64,000 bases of DNA from Sphyrna mokarran (Eukaryota). Made by a program: the position numbers and the translations under genes. Below, one piece after another: positions 63,520 to 64,000 of this stretch (positions within the stretch are counted from its first letter, which is position 1; each line of letters begins with the position of its first letter). The DNA lies in the NCBI GenBank assembly GCA_024679065.1, contig JAGIQG010000010.1, positions 56,358,001 through 56,422,000 on the forward strand. Direction: 5' to 3'. The notes beneath the pieces were generated by a model. That model had not been told where the DNA came from and made no database searches. It saw only the letters and a list, made by a program, of their open reading frames with translations.

Positions 63520-64000
63520 CATGATTTCATAAGTTTGCACATGCAAACACAAGGAGGTAACAAAATGTCAGCATAGATGAAGCAGTTTTAAGAATCTAGT
63601 TGTACAGAGATTTGGCAGATTGTTGCCTTGGATGTTTTCAGACTGGGCTCAATGGACTTTCTGAATGCAGCATTGAGGCAATATAAACATGTCAATGGAT
63701 GATTTCTATTTGTTCTTCTGGAGTCACAGGCATTGGGTTGCTTTTTAGTTACAACTGGTCAAACAACAGGTAGGGCTCAAGCTTGCGAGATGGAGTGAGA
63801 TAGTTCCAGTCCTGTTAGAGACTGGTAACATTTTGTTTAACTGTAGACAGAAATAGAATCCCCAGTTACTTACGTGGCAAATAAAGTCACCAGAGTCCAT
63901 GTTTCTAAACAACATAAGAATTTTACTATAGAAGAATCAACAAAGCAACATTAAATATTATCTATTCTATGTGCTAACATCTAGGACTAACATAAATATG

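Overview
This is vertebrate non-coding DNA, almost certainly from an elasmobranch (shark), judged by the many HE1-type tRNA SINEs that share a (TTCTATG)n tail with CR1/HER1 LINEs. I found no host protein-coding exon, so the window looks like a long intron or gene desert. All protein-like ORFs I can recognise are transposon-derived. They include CR1 LINEs (two young copies, two long decayed copies with ORF1), Rex1/Babar, a second CR1/L2-group LINE, Penelope-like elements (PLEs), two PIF/Harbinger elements with their MITEs, and Gypsy/LTR debris. The highlights are as follows. (1) A 296-bp zero-loop hairpin of two PLE termini, each with a minimal hammerhead-ribozyme motif, sits inside a Harbinger transposase; two other PLE copies show stem II covariation. 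(2) A remodelled U2-snRNA-derived element is inserted in a CR1. (3) There are several local inverted or direct duplications. (4) Several TE-free AT-rich islands look like conserved enhancers. Repeat boundaries were read by eye and are approximate unless a TSD or TIR is quoted.
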